This document shows, in pieces, positions 39,661 to 51,388 of a stretch of DNA of 51,388 nucleotides (positions are counted from its first letter, which is position 1; each line of letters begins with the position of its first letter). The notes below the pieces were generated by a model, which saw only the letters and a program-made list of their open reading frames with translations, made no database searches and had not been told where the DNA came from. The position numbers were made by a program, and so were the translations under genes. Source of the DNA: Octopus bimaculoides (taxonomy: Eukaryota); the NCBI RefSeq assembly GCF_001194135.2, contig NC_068988.1, positions 62,618,754 to 62,670,141 of the forward strand, written 5' to 3'.

Positions 39661-39771
39661 ATAAATATCTTTCCAATATCAGATTGCCTTGGCGTTATTA
39701 TCTTACTTTCTTTAACGCACACACACATGCACACACATATACATACATACAAGCATATACATATATATATA

Positions 39772-39828
<57 letters not shown>

Positions 39829-40279
39829 TATTTTATTTAAAAGAGTTCCAACTCTGTCTGTCTTTTATGTTTTATTTATATTCTTGTAAAATTAATGGGG
39901 GATATAGAATATGGAACATATAATATATAATATATAATATAAAAATAGATGGTAAAATGAAATGAAGTATTGAATGTCCTATTGAATATATGAAATATTA
40001 GAAATATTGAGTATTCCATATAGAAAATTAGATATATAAAGGCCAATACGTATTTTCATAGCTAGTGGTATTCATCAAGGCCTTCATCAGACAGACAGTA
40101 ACAGACTTTATTTTTACTCACACACACACAGAGAGGGAGAGAGCGAGAGAGAAAATGAAAGAGAATGAGAGAGAATTAAATCGAATTGTTTTTCCCTCAA
40201 GATGTTGCAGTGTGAATGTAAAATATTTCGCTTTGATTCGAATAATAGGAGATTCTTTTGATCCTTCTTGTTATTTTTT

Positions 40280-40600
40280 TATTTGTTTAAGTGTATTAGT
40301 CGTTAGGCTGCGGCCATGCTAGGGTCCCGCCTTCAAGAATTTATTTGAATCAACCTCACAGCTTTCTTTTTTTAAGCCTGGCCTATTTTACCGAATTTTC
40401 AGGTACGTAAACACACCAACACCGGCTGTTAAACACACACGCATACGCACAAACACACACACAAACATTAATATATATATATGCGCACACATACATACAT
40501 ACGACGGGCTTCTTTCAGTTTCTGCTTGCCAAATCGACTCACAGTGGGATTGAACAGGGATTCATGTGGTTTGGAAGTATGCCTCTTACCACAGAGACAC
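40280..40600 (-). mobile_element. Degenerate SINE family A with internal deletions
   Basis: CTGCGGCCATGCTAGGG...CGCCTT, GTAAACACACCAACACCGG, TACGACGGGCTTCTTTCAGTTTC, GTGGGATTGAAC...CTTACCACA. Confidence 0.82.
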
Positions 40601-42324
40601 AAAATGGAATAAAAGAAAACAGCAAAAATGCTACAACTGTTGAGTATATTTTCTCCGACGTCTTGTCTGTGCAGAAGAATTATCTTTTCTTACGTCATCT
40701 GTTATATTCTTCCTAATTCGTTTATTTCATTGAATGTTTCTGCTGTGCTTATGCTGGTTCACTGTCATTACGTGTATTTTCACTAAACGTGTCGATTAAT
40801 ATTATTTCATAGTCCGAGGTTTTTCAAAGTGTAACCTCTATTGTATTTCTCTATAAAATACTTACGACTTACTTCCAATAAGCATGTTTAAGATCCAACT
40901 TATGTTAGATTACAATGAATATGAAATCTTAGGCTACAAGCTGGAAATCCAATAACGCAAATAATTTATATTAAAACTGTATACAAACATCTCATAAAAA
41001 ATTTCTTCACTAGATACTTAATTACATAGAAGCAGCTTGCAACTCTATAAAGAAAAGATAATCACCGCTTACAGTATTAGTTATATCTATACATACATGC
41101 ATACCTGTGCGTCTGCACTTATATGTATGCGAATAAATATGTACGCATACACACGCTTATTAATATTTACGTCCTTTGAACAATTCAATTCACAGAAACA
41201 CACACACGTAGCTGTACGCGTCCATGTATATGTGTGTGGGTGCGTGTTTGTGATCGTGGTCGTGTGTATGTAATGGTATTCATATGTATGTGTGTTTGTA
41301 TTTATAAGTGCACGTTTGAGTGCGTGTGTGTGAGTGTGAAGTGAAATTTGTTTTATTTTACCTCAGTGAAATATGCGAAAATGGCTCGCAGTGATTCCAA
41401 CGAAATAGTATTTAACATACTTTAATACATGGAAATAGTGAAACACTTCAAATGTACTAAATGTGCGAAAAATGTGAAATAAGATGCTTTAAATCTACTG
41501 CGTTAATTCTTTGTAGCATTCGTAATTGCATTAATTTTTATCGTAGCTCTAACAAAACATTCGTAAATACCAAGAAAACAAAACATAACCAAATCATATG
41601 AATGCGTTTAGCATTTAAGACATTTGCCGAATATGATATTTAAAGTTTTTCGAAGATTAGTGATGTTTTAACTTCGTATTTTTGGTAAGGTAATGCATTT
41701 TTTATCACTTTGTATACGTTTTTGAGTGAGCTATTGCCTAACAAATTTTGATATATTGAAACAAAAAGAAAATTGCAAGTTTATATTATATCTTTTTAAT
41801 TTCTAGCTACAGTGGTAATGATTGTGAAATATGTTTACTTATTAAACATGGATATGTTGACAGAAGATTGCATGTTTTTGCGGGTGTTGGAGAATTAATG
41901 TAACTTCATAAAACAACTAAATATATAACAAGAATTTGAAAAGTGAAAACAACAGGATTAAAGTTCATTCCGCACCGATACCAAACAAACTTAATTATCA
42001 TTCGTCTATTTATCTCTACAAATATTAGATTCGTCTGTGCCCATCCCTTTCTTGTTTATGACTGACATTCCCACAGAAATTTCAATGTGAAACAATGAAT
42101 TAAACTCTATATTTTTGCATGGATAAAGATGAGGTCTGAAGATTAAAAAAAAAAGCAACTTTTGAATATTTGTTGAACTCTTCTCTTAAAGGCGTCATAT
42201 AACCCCCTAAATATTCCGTTTGTCTTTCACTGACACACGACTTTATCTCATCAAAAACATTAAAATGTTTAATGAAATATATGCTTCAATATATGTATTC
42301 AAATATAATATTTTCACTGAGAAA

Positions 42325-43488
42325 TACGCTGTGTGTTCAAAATAAGTATGAGAAGCTGCATAAAATAATAAAAGAAAATCAATATCTCATCCAAAATAAA
42401 AGTAATTTTAAAAAATCGAAAAATATCAACCTGGTTATGGATGGAAGGTAGATAAAAGGTAACCGCCCTCAGCTTCCGCTTTGGCCCCAAGACGGCTCAG
42501 GAATCTGGCTAATGAGTTCTTCTCTCAGTTACTGGGAAGATATTCGGATACGAACTTCATCTTGGCCACCGGCTCACCCTTAGGGTTGAAGGCAGAGGAA
42601 TTTGTGCCTCTCTCAACCGCACTCCACCCATTTTAATCTATCGGACTACAATCGGTAGAATGAGGAGGTCAGAAATTGGGACTGGAGATTTCGTACAAAT
42701 TATTCCTGTCAGAAGGTATGGCAAGGAGCCTTAGTTCTGCTGCCATGCATATGATATTAAAAAAAAAACTCATTCCAAGCAGGAATTAACCGCAGTCACC
42801 AGCAGCATTACAAAGCCGTCTGAATTGAGCCTAAGACCTTGTTCAAATATGTGTGGCTGAATTCCAGCGAGTGTTCGGTATACGAAGTCAGAATGCCTTT
42901 TTTATCCCTTCTTCCTAGTCATAGATTTGTAGTGTTGATCGCATCAGCCCGTATCACGTCTTACAGCCTTTATAATGTTCACAGACCATTGAGCAACAAT
43001 AATGATGTCGGCATTTTGAAGCCTGGTGCGAATCATCATGATACAGGTTACTCTTTTCTAATATTCAGATGGTCTTCTGCCTGTATTCCATGTGAGCTAA
43101 CTTTTCCATAAGTACAACTTTGAACTTTATTTTCTCGAAGGCCGTTGACTATTCACTAATACATGAAGCTGTTCCAGAAAAAGAAGAATACATATAAAAA
43201 ATTCTTCAGATTTAAGCCAAAGGCTCTGTATCTCATATTTTTTCCAAAGGAAAGGTGGCTCAAAAAGCATAATTTCTGACAAACACAAAGTAACATGTTG
43301 CTGAAATCTACTCCTGTACACCACAAGCTGGCATTCTCTTCCGTCGTCCCTAGAAGTATGACAATATACGATGATATCGGTGGGTTTCGAGCATCCATAT
43401 CAACCGTAATTTCCTTAATATGAATCAATTGTTTAATATAAAGGAATATGAAATTATTATCTCACTCTGGTCGAACGTACACCCGATA
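42325..43488 (-). mobile_element. Non-autonomous maT-type element, second copy, possibly end to end
   Basis: Minus strand QPHIFEQGLRLNSDGFV, YAWQQN*APCHT, PNF*PPHSTDCSPID, AVERGTN, ARFLSRLGAKAEAEGGYL; N-terminal PSEY*KRVTCIMMIR; degenerate TA-flanked termini at 42325 and 43488 (ends uncertain). Confidence 0.8.
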
Positions 43489-43865
43489 TGCAAATTCATC
43501 TATGCGAAAGAGTTCAGTGACAGTTGTAGAGTGATTTAAATTGCATTTGCTATAACTTTTCTTCACATGTTAAAGAATGACAGTAGGCCTCTCTTCAAAA
43601 CAGTGCAAAAGTAACACTGAAATACGTCGCAATACTGTGTTTATTCTTTAACGTGCACTCACAAAGTGCCCTCAAATATGCTTACGTTAATACATTGAAT
43701 GATTATTTTAATTTCAGCCTGCTATTTATCTAAGTGCTATCTTATGCATAAGTATAGTAGATGGTATACTAATTAAGTAACTCGACTCACTCGATAACGA
43801 ATGACAATGGATGCTCCTAAGAAGCCCCCCCCCCTCCGGGTTACAAGTCTGGCCGGAAAGTCACC

Positions 43866-44153
43866 TCACTGGTGAACGCACAACATAGGTTTGATTTTAT
43901 GGAAGACCAGCAGTCGCCCATGCATACCAGCCTTCCCTCTCCACACCGTTGATGTTATCCAAGGGAAAAACAAAGGCCGATACAGCTTGGCACTGGTGAC
44001 GTTGTAACCCATTTCTACAGCTGCGTTAACTGGAGCAACGTGAAAAAATAGTGGCTTGCTCAAGAACACAACACGCAGCCTTGTCCGGGAATCGAACTCA
44101 AAACTTCACAATCGTAATCTCGACGCTCTAACCACTGAGCCATGCATCTTCAC
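43866..44153 (-). mobile_element. tRNA-derived SINE family C
   Basis: A-box TGGCTCAGTGG (44132-44142 reversed), B-box GTTCGATTCC (44088-44097 reversed), then non-tRNA body TTGAGCAAGCCACT...TTGCTCCAGT. Confidence 0.88.
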
Positions 44154-45587
44154 AGTAATCAAGTATACAACACAAAACACACACACAAGAGCACAAATAT
44201 ACATATACATATATTAACAATAACTGTTATACAACTAGTACACAAGAAATAAGAAATTATACGGGGTCTTTCCGATGACATACATGCATATTTTAACGCC
44301 TGACTTACATCAGCTATAATCCGTTTCAAATAACGAATTTGTTCCGGGATCTGATCCTAATCACATTCTATATTCTTAAAACTTTTTCACTCGTGTCGGA
44401 TCATCAGCTGAGGAGGCTAACCTGATTTCCTTTTGATATATCCATTGTCAAGATATGTTTTTATCGTACGAAAGGTAAGTTTAAAGAAAACGCTATTCTA
44501 TAGGCATTAGTGACAGACGAATTTATACATACATATGACGGTAACAGCAAGAACAACTTATGTCAAAGCTTTGATCAGCCTGGGTTAACCTGGTCGAAAC
44601 AACGCCAGACTAAACTATAACATTTTAAACAACCACGTAGACCCTTATTTATTGGTCTAAAATATCATTAGCGATTATCTTACAGTGTAGGTGGATTCGC
44701 ATGCGTAGTATTGTGTGTTATTCACGTTCAAAGACTTCGTTGGAAAGTACTCCACTAGAAAAAAAAAAAAAGGAAGAAATGTATCAAAGTTTGAAAATTA
44801 CTTAGGCAAGATAGAAAACAATGTATTAAGATATCTGAAAGCTTTAGATATTTCGATTGAAAGTAAACTACGTATTTACATCCAACAATACTTGTTTCCT
44901 GTATGCCTATGGCAAACTTTTTGTGCCAAACATAAAAGCATACATTGCAATAACACAGATTTTATACAAATATCAATATTTTTCCTTTCAGTCGCATCGA
45001 TACATATACAAGCTATTCTCTATAGATGTTGAGTTATTTAGGTACAAATACACTATTTACAAAGAAACGCATATCAATGTTTACCAACATAAAACAAACA
45101 CCGACACAAATGCACTCACACTCAAATAATGGCAACACGCACAGTCTTCCACGCTGATACATAAACTCAGCAAACATGGATTTAAGCACACTTGAAAGAA
45201 AACGTACTTGCACAATTTAAACATATTTGCTTCTTCATATATATATGTGTATATTTATACACATGCATATATGTGCAGATGTTTGACGCTATATGCATAG
45301 TTTAATGCATCTATGTATGTATGTATGTATGCATGGATTGATGTCTGTATGCACGTGTGTGTCTGTGAGTTCGGATCTATAAAGAAACTGTAAAATGTAC
45401 GCCTCTCACCTCCGTTATGTAGAGTTTCATTGGAAGTTAATGTTCCAACCCATACGCATTTTGAATTGCGTATATAAACCAAGTATGAATACACATTAAC
45501 GGACTAAACATTATCCGAAAGTATTTTTATTTGATTACCATGCAGAATTTATATATGTTTGTGTGTGTGTGTTTGTGTGTGTGTGTG

Positions 45588-46136
45588 TATAATTTAATAA
45601 TACCTCGATAATTATTCCACAGTTTTCCTCATTGTAAAACATTCGAAAACCTCTCTTTGCCTTTGTAATTTATGTTATCGACCTTACCTATGTACCTGTC
45701 TCTGTATCAGCAAGCGTTTATGACAGTACTATATCATTTGTGACCACATGACGTATCTTCACTGGTTGTAGTGTTTTTAATGAGTGCTTCTTACGTGAAT
45801 TCTGATGCAATTTTTTATAGGCATATTTATTGATATAAAAGTAAGATCTCTCACATTCTCTTACATACTCAATCACGCGTACATACACCTATAAATTTAT
45901 ATATGTGTGTGTGTGTGNNNNNNNNNNNNNNNNNNNNNNNNNNNNNNTGTATGTGTGTGTGTGCGTGTGTGCACGCGTGTGTGTTTATGTTATGTGTGTT
46001 TATGTTATGTGTGTGCGTGGCGCGCGCGTGTGTGTGTGTGCGTATATAATTTACTAATACCTCGATAATTATTCCAGTTTTCCGCATTGTAATACATGCG
46101 TAAAACTCTATTTGCCTTTGTAGTTTATGTTATCGA
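45588..46136 (+). repeat. Diverged direct duplication of ~93 bp (45588-45681 and 46045-46136), each preceded by (TG)n
   Basis: Shared TATAATTTA.TAATACCTCGATAATTATTCCA...TTTGCCTTTGTA.TTTATGTTATCGA. Confidence 0.9.
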
Positions 46137-48015
46137 ATGTATCTGAGAGATATATAGATATATTCCTGTATATTTACATATGTATACACACAAATACGGA
46201 CCATGTGGAGAAAGAGGGTAAAGGAACATGTGGGAACCCCGCCTCACAGGACATGGGCATGCTTATCCCTCTTCAGTTGTCGGTGAAATCTCATCACGAT
46301 TTCCTGCCGCTGTTGATTCACAAGAAGTGACAGAATACATGACTCATTTCAAGCTTTGAGTTTTCATTAACACATAGTAACAGAAAATCTTCGATTTCTA
46401 CTAAATTGTCTGTATGCATGTATAATCTATATTTAATATCAAATGAATTGACCGATGCATTTAATGCCGACAATAAAATGAGGTACAAAGAACTCTCCAG
46501 CGCAATAAGAAAGTATTACTTCGTTGTAATGGATCCCCTATAACAATTTTTTGAAAGGATGGCTTAATCACTTCAAAATACATTCAAGTAATTGAAACGT
46601 ATCCTTTTTTCCCGTTCAAACAAGATGTTCTCAGTCACAATCATTGTGCGTTGTAGCAGAGTGATATCTCTATGGCATCTTTTTCCTTGCGAACATACAA
46701 ATGCATAAACCGTATATTAGCTACACGATATTTCTGAATCTTTCGTCTCAACACGCAAGTTGTTGCAGTGTAGCTAAGCAAACAACTTCTTCATTTAAAA
46801 CTAAAACATTAGAAAAGTAAGTTGACGCATATTCCACTCATAAGATATAACTGAACAAACATACATACGTACATAAATAAATATTGTGTAATAGACATGG
46901 CAAGTTTCTGAGAACCATTTCCGACACGCTTTTTGTTTTTTATCTTGAAACGTTTTCAATTTGATGTACTTTAAAAAAAAATGCTATTCTTCCTCGTTAT
47001 ATTCTATTGTTAGGAAGCAAATTGTTAAATACGGGAAACTAAATTATCTATTCTTTAAAAATCACTTCCCCTGTCATTACACGCTTAATAGCATACATTC
47101 TCATCTTCAAATAATTACACATCACATCACACACACTTCGATTTGCTTGTTGGGAACTAGTCTCAATTATTTTACACTCTCTTACTGACTGGCAGGAATA
47201 AATAAATAAATATATANNNNNNNNNNNNNNNNNNNNNNNNNNNNNNNNNNNNNNNNNNNNNNNNNNNNNNNNNNNNNNNNNNNNNNNNNNNNNNNNNNNN
47301 NNNNNNNNNNNNNNNNNNNNNNNNTATATATATATATATGTATGTATGTATATATATATACACATACATATATACATATGTATTTATATATATGTACGCG
47401 ACAAAGTATATTAATCGACTCATTATAAAACAGTTAAAAAGCCGTATGTAAGCAACAAATGACACTCTCATAATGGATGTCGGTTGAGACGTTAATACTA
47501 CTTGTACGATCTCACGTATATTTTATTCCGTTCTCAAGAGGAGAAAGCTATTATTTTATCAAAATACGATTCTCATTTTCATGCAATACAGACACGTTGT
47601 TATCACATTATCAAAAACTATTGGCAAACACATCACTGATTACACAGAATATTTAGACAACCGATATTATCCATCTTTAGACACTATCTACTTTTCTGTT
47701 GTCAAAAAACACAGACAAAAAATAGTTTCTTAGTGACTAAATGAAAGGTTGTCAGCTATATATTAGCATATATGAATATTTACACTTTTACTAGTATACA
47801 TACACCTGCATATATTTATCTATAAATGTACACAAGCTTACGTGCATATATATATATATGTCCACGATATATTTAAACAAAACGTAGGTAGACAAATAGA
47901 AAATTAGATGGGTATTTAGTTAGATATATAGATAGATATACATAGAGGGATGAAGAGATAAACAGACAGGCAGACAGATAGACTGACAGGAAAACAGACT
48001 GATATATATACTGAC

Positions 48016-48029
48016 AGATAGATAGATAA

Positions 48030-48082
<53 letters not shown>

Positions 48083-48135
48083 CAGACAGACACACACACA
48101 CACACACAGACAGACAGATAGATAAATAGCTAGCT
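48016..48135. repeat. (GATA)n/(GACA)n/(CA)n compound microsatellite
   Basis: Direct reading. Confidence 0.95.
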
Positions 48136-48240
48136 AGATAGATAGATACGTATTACACAACTGTCCCTGGATTTACCTCAGAAATTCCTCGGTGTTCGAT
48201 GAGTATATAACAAATGATAGGAACGGAAAATGGAATGTAC

Positions 48241-48521
48241 GAGAAAGTTTATTACTCACAACGATCATTTCGACCCATCCTACATCGATCCCTCACAGCT
48301 GAGATATTGTACATCTGGTTGTGGTCTATCTCTCGGTGCAGTAACAACATGTATTCAACCCGTGCGAAATAGGTTTTTTTTAACAAGATCGCCTTTGTAA
48401 AATCACCTGATGAGGTGCCTCTACAACAAGGGGTATTGCACAACCACTTTTAGGACATGCCAGTCGCGAGTGAGCCATGCAGGTTGGGTCGAAACGATTG
48501 CTGTAAGCAATAAAGTTTCTG
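48241..48521. mobile_element. Inverted pair of Penelope-like termini with hammerhead-like core, followed by AATAAA and (ATT)n
   Basis: 48241-48301 aligns to the reverse complement of 48461-48521 (~75% identity); CTGATGA 48407-48413; GAAAC 48491-48495; AATAAA 48509-48514. Confidence 0.65.
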
Positions 48522-48525
48522 TATA

Positions 48526-48569
<44 letters not shown>

Positions 48570-50013
48570 GATTTATCCTACCTTATACCGGCTCAGCTCG
48601 GTACGACCCCATAAAAGTATTATTGCCAGTTGGTATCATTAGGCATAATAAGATTGGAGCTTTTATATACATATGGGAAAACTTTTCCTGTAAACGAACT
48701 TAAAGTATGTTATGTATATACATATATATAATATTCATGCATGCACAGATATATATGTACTGTGTGTCTGTCTGTGTAATATATATGTAAATTGCAGCAC
48801 TGTTTTATGCTGCGTTCATAGTAAACCTAGCGTAAAATTACGCCATTCACATAAATCCAATGGCCTTAATCCACCTTTGTACTTTGCGCATGAGGAATTG
48901 ATAAGAAAGACCTTAAGGTAATATACAGCAGCAATAATAATTCTTCGCTACTATAAAAAAAACGTGTTGAAATATTTCCAATACGAACTTGCAAAAACTA
49001 CTTTCTGTATGTAACTGACCATTCCAAATATTTGTTGCCTGAAAAATATTAGTCTTTTTAACGGATTTAATCAGCAAACTGTCCTCTTGCAGACAAAAGT
49101 ATAACAGAAATCTATATACATCTACTTAAAGCAAGATTTTCAGCATATGTGTATAAATCTAGATAAGCGGAAAGCCGTCTCGGCACAGAAACGTCCGGTC
49201 ATATTAGAAATTGGAAAAAAATCTTATTCCATTCTTTGGCAAAACCATTTACAGGAAATGATCATTATTGGGGATTAAGAGTGACCAGGAGCACACGGAG
49301 GAGTATAATACAGCATTCGATGATTTTTAATAAAACATTATTCGTAAAGTTCGTATATATTTTAAGGAATGTCCAAATACTAACTGGTTAGCTTTCTTTA
49401 ATGAGCAATTAATCAGTTTGAAATTCAGGAAAAATGAAAATGCATGAGCGGAAACTCATGTTGCGCAACTTTAACGTATAATTAAAATTAAATACATTGC
49501 AAATATATGTGTAGTTTATACATATGATATTAAAGACTAATAAAAATTATAATTATTCTGCATGTAATTATATGAAAATACGCGTAGCCTACAATAACAA
49601 CTCAATAGATGGAAATATAAAGCAATTTTCAGCAACTTGAGACCAACAATTACGTTTGAATATTAATTCTCTTTCAGTTAGTTTGTGAATAAATTTCAAT
49701 AAATATTGCCAGCAGACTCATGATATATCATCTATAAATATTTGTTTATGCTCGTGTATATCAGTGAGAATAAATGCATCAGCGTNNNNNNNNNNNNNNN
49801 NNNNNNNNNNNNNNNNNNNNNNNNNNNNNNNNNNNNNNNNNNNNNNNNNNNNNNNNNNNNNNNNNNNNNNNNNNNNNNNNNNNNNGCTAATAAAAGAAAT
49901 GTATCTATCTATCTATCTATATGCCTACATATGTATGTGTGTTTGATTGTGTCTGTTTGTAATTTTCATTGTTGTACATATTTTGACAAAAATCTTCTTG
50001 TGTAGAATTTCCT

Positions 50014-50274
50014 CTACATACTTTTAGCAGGAACTGTCATATTTCCTCTGAGTGGAGTAGCACCACATTCTTTCTTTGGAATATCTCAGATAAGAGTAAG
50101 AGGAACTTCAGTGAGATCTTCGAGGTAGAAAGCCTCCTAAGTTAGGCGAGTACAAACTGTTTGTGTAACACAGGTTAGACAATACACGATACTGATGGAA
50201 TAGTTAAATCGAGTTGTTGGAGTCTGAACATTTGTTGATTCTGTGCTGCCTGTTTGCCTAAGATTCGTATACTT
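50014..50274 (-). pseudogene. Possible GIY-YIG endonuclease remnant of a Penelope-like element
   Basis: Minus frame RFNYSISIVYCLTC...LI*DI resembles the recalled PLE pattern RFTCxSxNxIYCIxC...EHLRDI; two in-frame stops; YIG motif not evident. Confidence 0.35.
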
Positions 50275-50974
50275 CTAAAATCAGCTACGATATGATATCA
50301 GTTATCTTTCATGGATCAAACTATTATATATTATCAGCGCCTATTCAATGCAGATATTATTTATTAAGGAGAATCCTTTTGTAATTTTCTCTTCATATAC
50401 TTAAATTTTCTGTTGCTGTAAAAATCAATTCGCTAGAAAGTTAGCCTATAAAATGATATAACTCCTGTGTATTCGAAATAAATGTTATTAAGTGGTACAT
50501 TGATGCGGAAATAATAGCATCTTGTTTCCAGCAATCACGTCAACTTACCTGTAATCTTTCTGAATGCATAAAAATGAAAACGAAAATATATTGCGTACGT
50601 TCTAGATGAGAATATACAATATGTTTCAAAGAGATTACGCTTTGGACAAGTGAGCCATGTGAATGTGAATTTCCGTTAATGTAACTACAAGTATACTCAA
50701 AAAACATAGAGTAATTGAAGACATCCCTACTGTACTTACTGGGAAATGGAAACATCAGGACTATATTCTGGATGAGAATTTACCAAGTTGATAAGGTTTG
50801 CTAAATATAGGAAGATATTTCCCTTGAATCATATCATGAGACAAAATAAGTTTCCTCATGAGTAATAAGAATCATGATGAAGATATTTAACTTGGTTTCA
50901 TTGTTGTCTAACTGACTGAGAGTTCCCCGAAAGTAACGCTAGTCCCGGTCAGTGTCTACTTAACAGGTATTGCA

Positions 50975-51062
50975 GCAAATCTTGTTCGTGCACTGGAGCA
51001 ATGTGAAAAGAAAAGTTTTTCTCAACAAATTCACAAGCACGGGAATCGAAACAACCATATAC
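50975..51062 (-). mobile_element. Fragment of SINE family C
   Basis: CACTGGAGCAATGTGAAA...CACAAGCACGGGAATCGAAAC matches 44025-44097. Confidence 0.6.
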
Positions 51063-51388
51063 AACAGTGAATGCAATAAATTTATTAAGCGTCGTGTGTA
51101 TGCATGTTTACATGTATTTATGTACGTACATGTATACATTTATATATATATATCAAACAATAAGCAACACGGATTTCAAAAGTGATTGCAGTACGCACGT
51201 TTCATGCTACTTCAATTTTATTTAAGTAATGTGAGCATTACCTTAAATGCAATATGAAGAGCAATCTTCAGCTGCACGAAAAAAATGTAGAAAAAAAGAC
51301 ATATTACAAATGTGGCAACATATTAAAACCAAGTGGGAGAGAGCAGAGGAAGAATATATAAGTCCATCTTGACATTACTTAAATAAAA

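Noticed and set aside
44088-44153. tRNA-like A/B-box sequence
   Set aside because: Continues into a SINE body and lacks a clean cloverleaf with paired acceptor stem; it is a SINE head, not a tRNA gene
44340-44600. TCATCAG (minus CTGATGA) and TTGATCAG...CGAAAC motifs
   Set aside because: No GAAA in register for the first; the second has a non-canonical core and resembles a common repeat tail
1711-49946. Many long ORFs containing X runs or YI/HT/CV/ER/LS dipeptide repeats
   Set aside because: They are translations of N gaps and (TA)n, (CA)n, (GA)n or (TATG)n microsatellites
1-51388. CRISPR arrays, rRNA, operons or other prokaryotic systems
   Set aside because: No regularly spaced repeat-spacer array, rRNA motifs or dense ORFs; the sequence is eukaryotic repeat-rich DNA

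Overview
AT-rich, gap-ridden eukaryotic (animal) genomic DNA with no convincingly supported intact protein-coding gene. The repeat content (three tRNA-derived SINE families with A/B boxes, one carrying an internal (TA)n/(CA)n tract, plus very dense di-, tri- and tetranucleotide microsatellites) matches what I recall of Octopus genomes; this assignment is an inference and was not database-checked. Nearly all ORFs in the supplied track are microsatellite or N-gap artefacts. Recognisable coding remnants are all mobile-element pseudogenes: an internally deleted mariner with unusually long (~195 bp) TIRs, two DD37D maT-type copies sharing one internal deletion junction, an IS630/Tc1-like DDE transposase with apparently short D-E spacing, and a probable Penelope-like GIY-YIG fragment. 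The most interesting signals are (i) several type I hammerhead-ribozyme-like cores (CUGAnGA...GAAA-palindrome-UH) in Penelope-like termini at ~39.6, ~48.3-48.5 and ~38.5 kb, all with some degeneration; (ii) a ~1.5 kb nested foldback at 190-1722 with a perfect 38-bp palindrome near its centre, plus several smaller foldback inversions; and (iii) a candidate spliced unit at 19.76-20.68 kb (acidic low-complexity exon-like block and a 2-exon 84-aa ORF followed by AATAAA). All alignments were done by eye.
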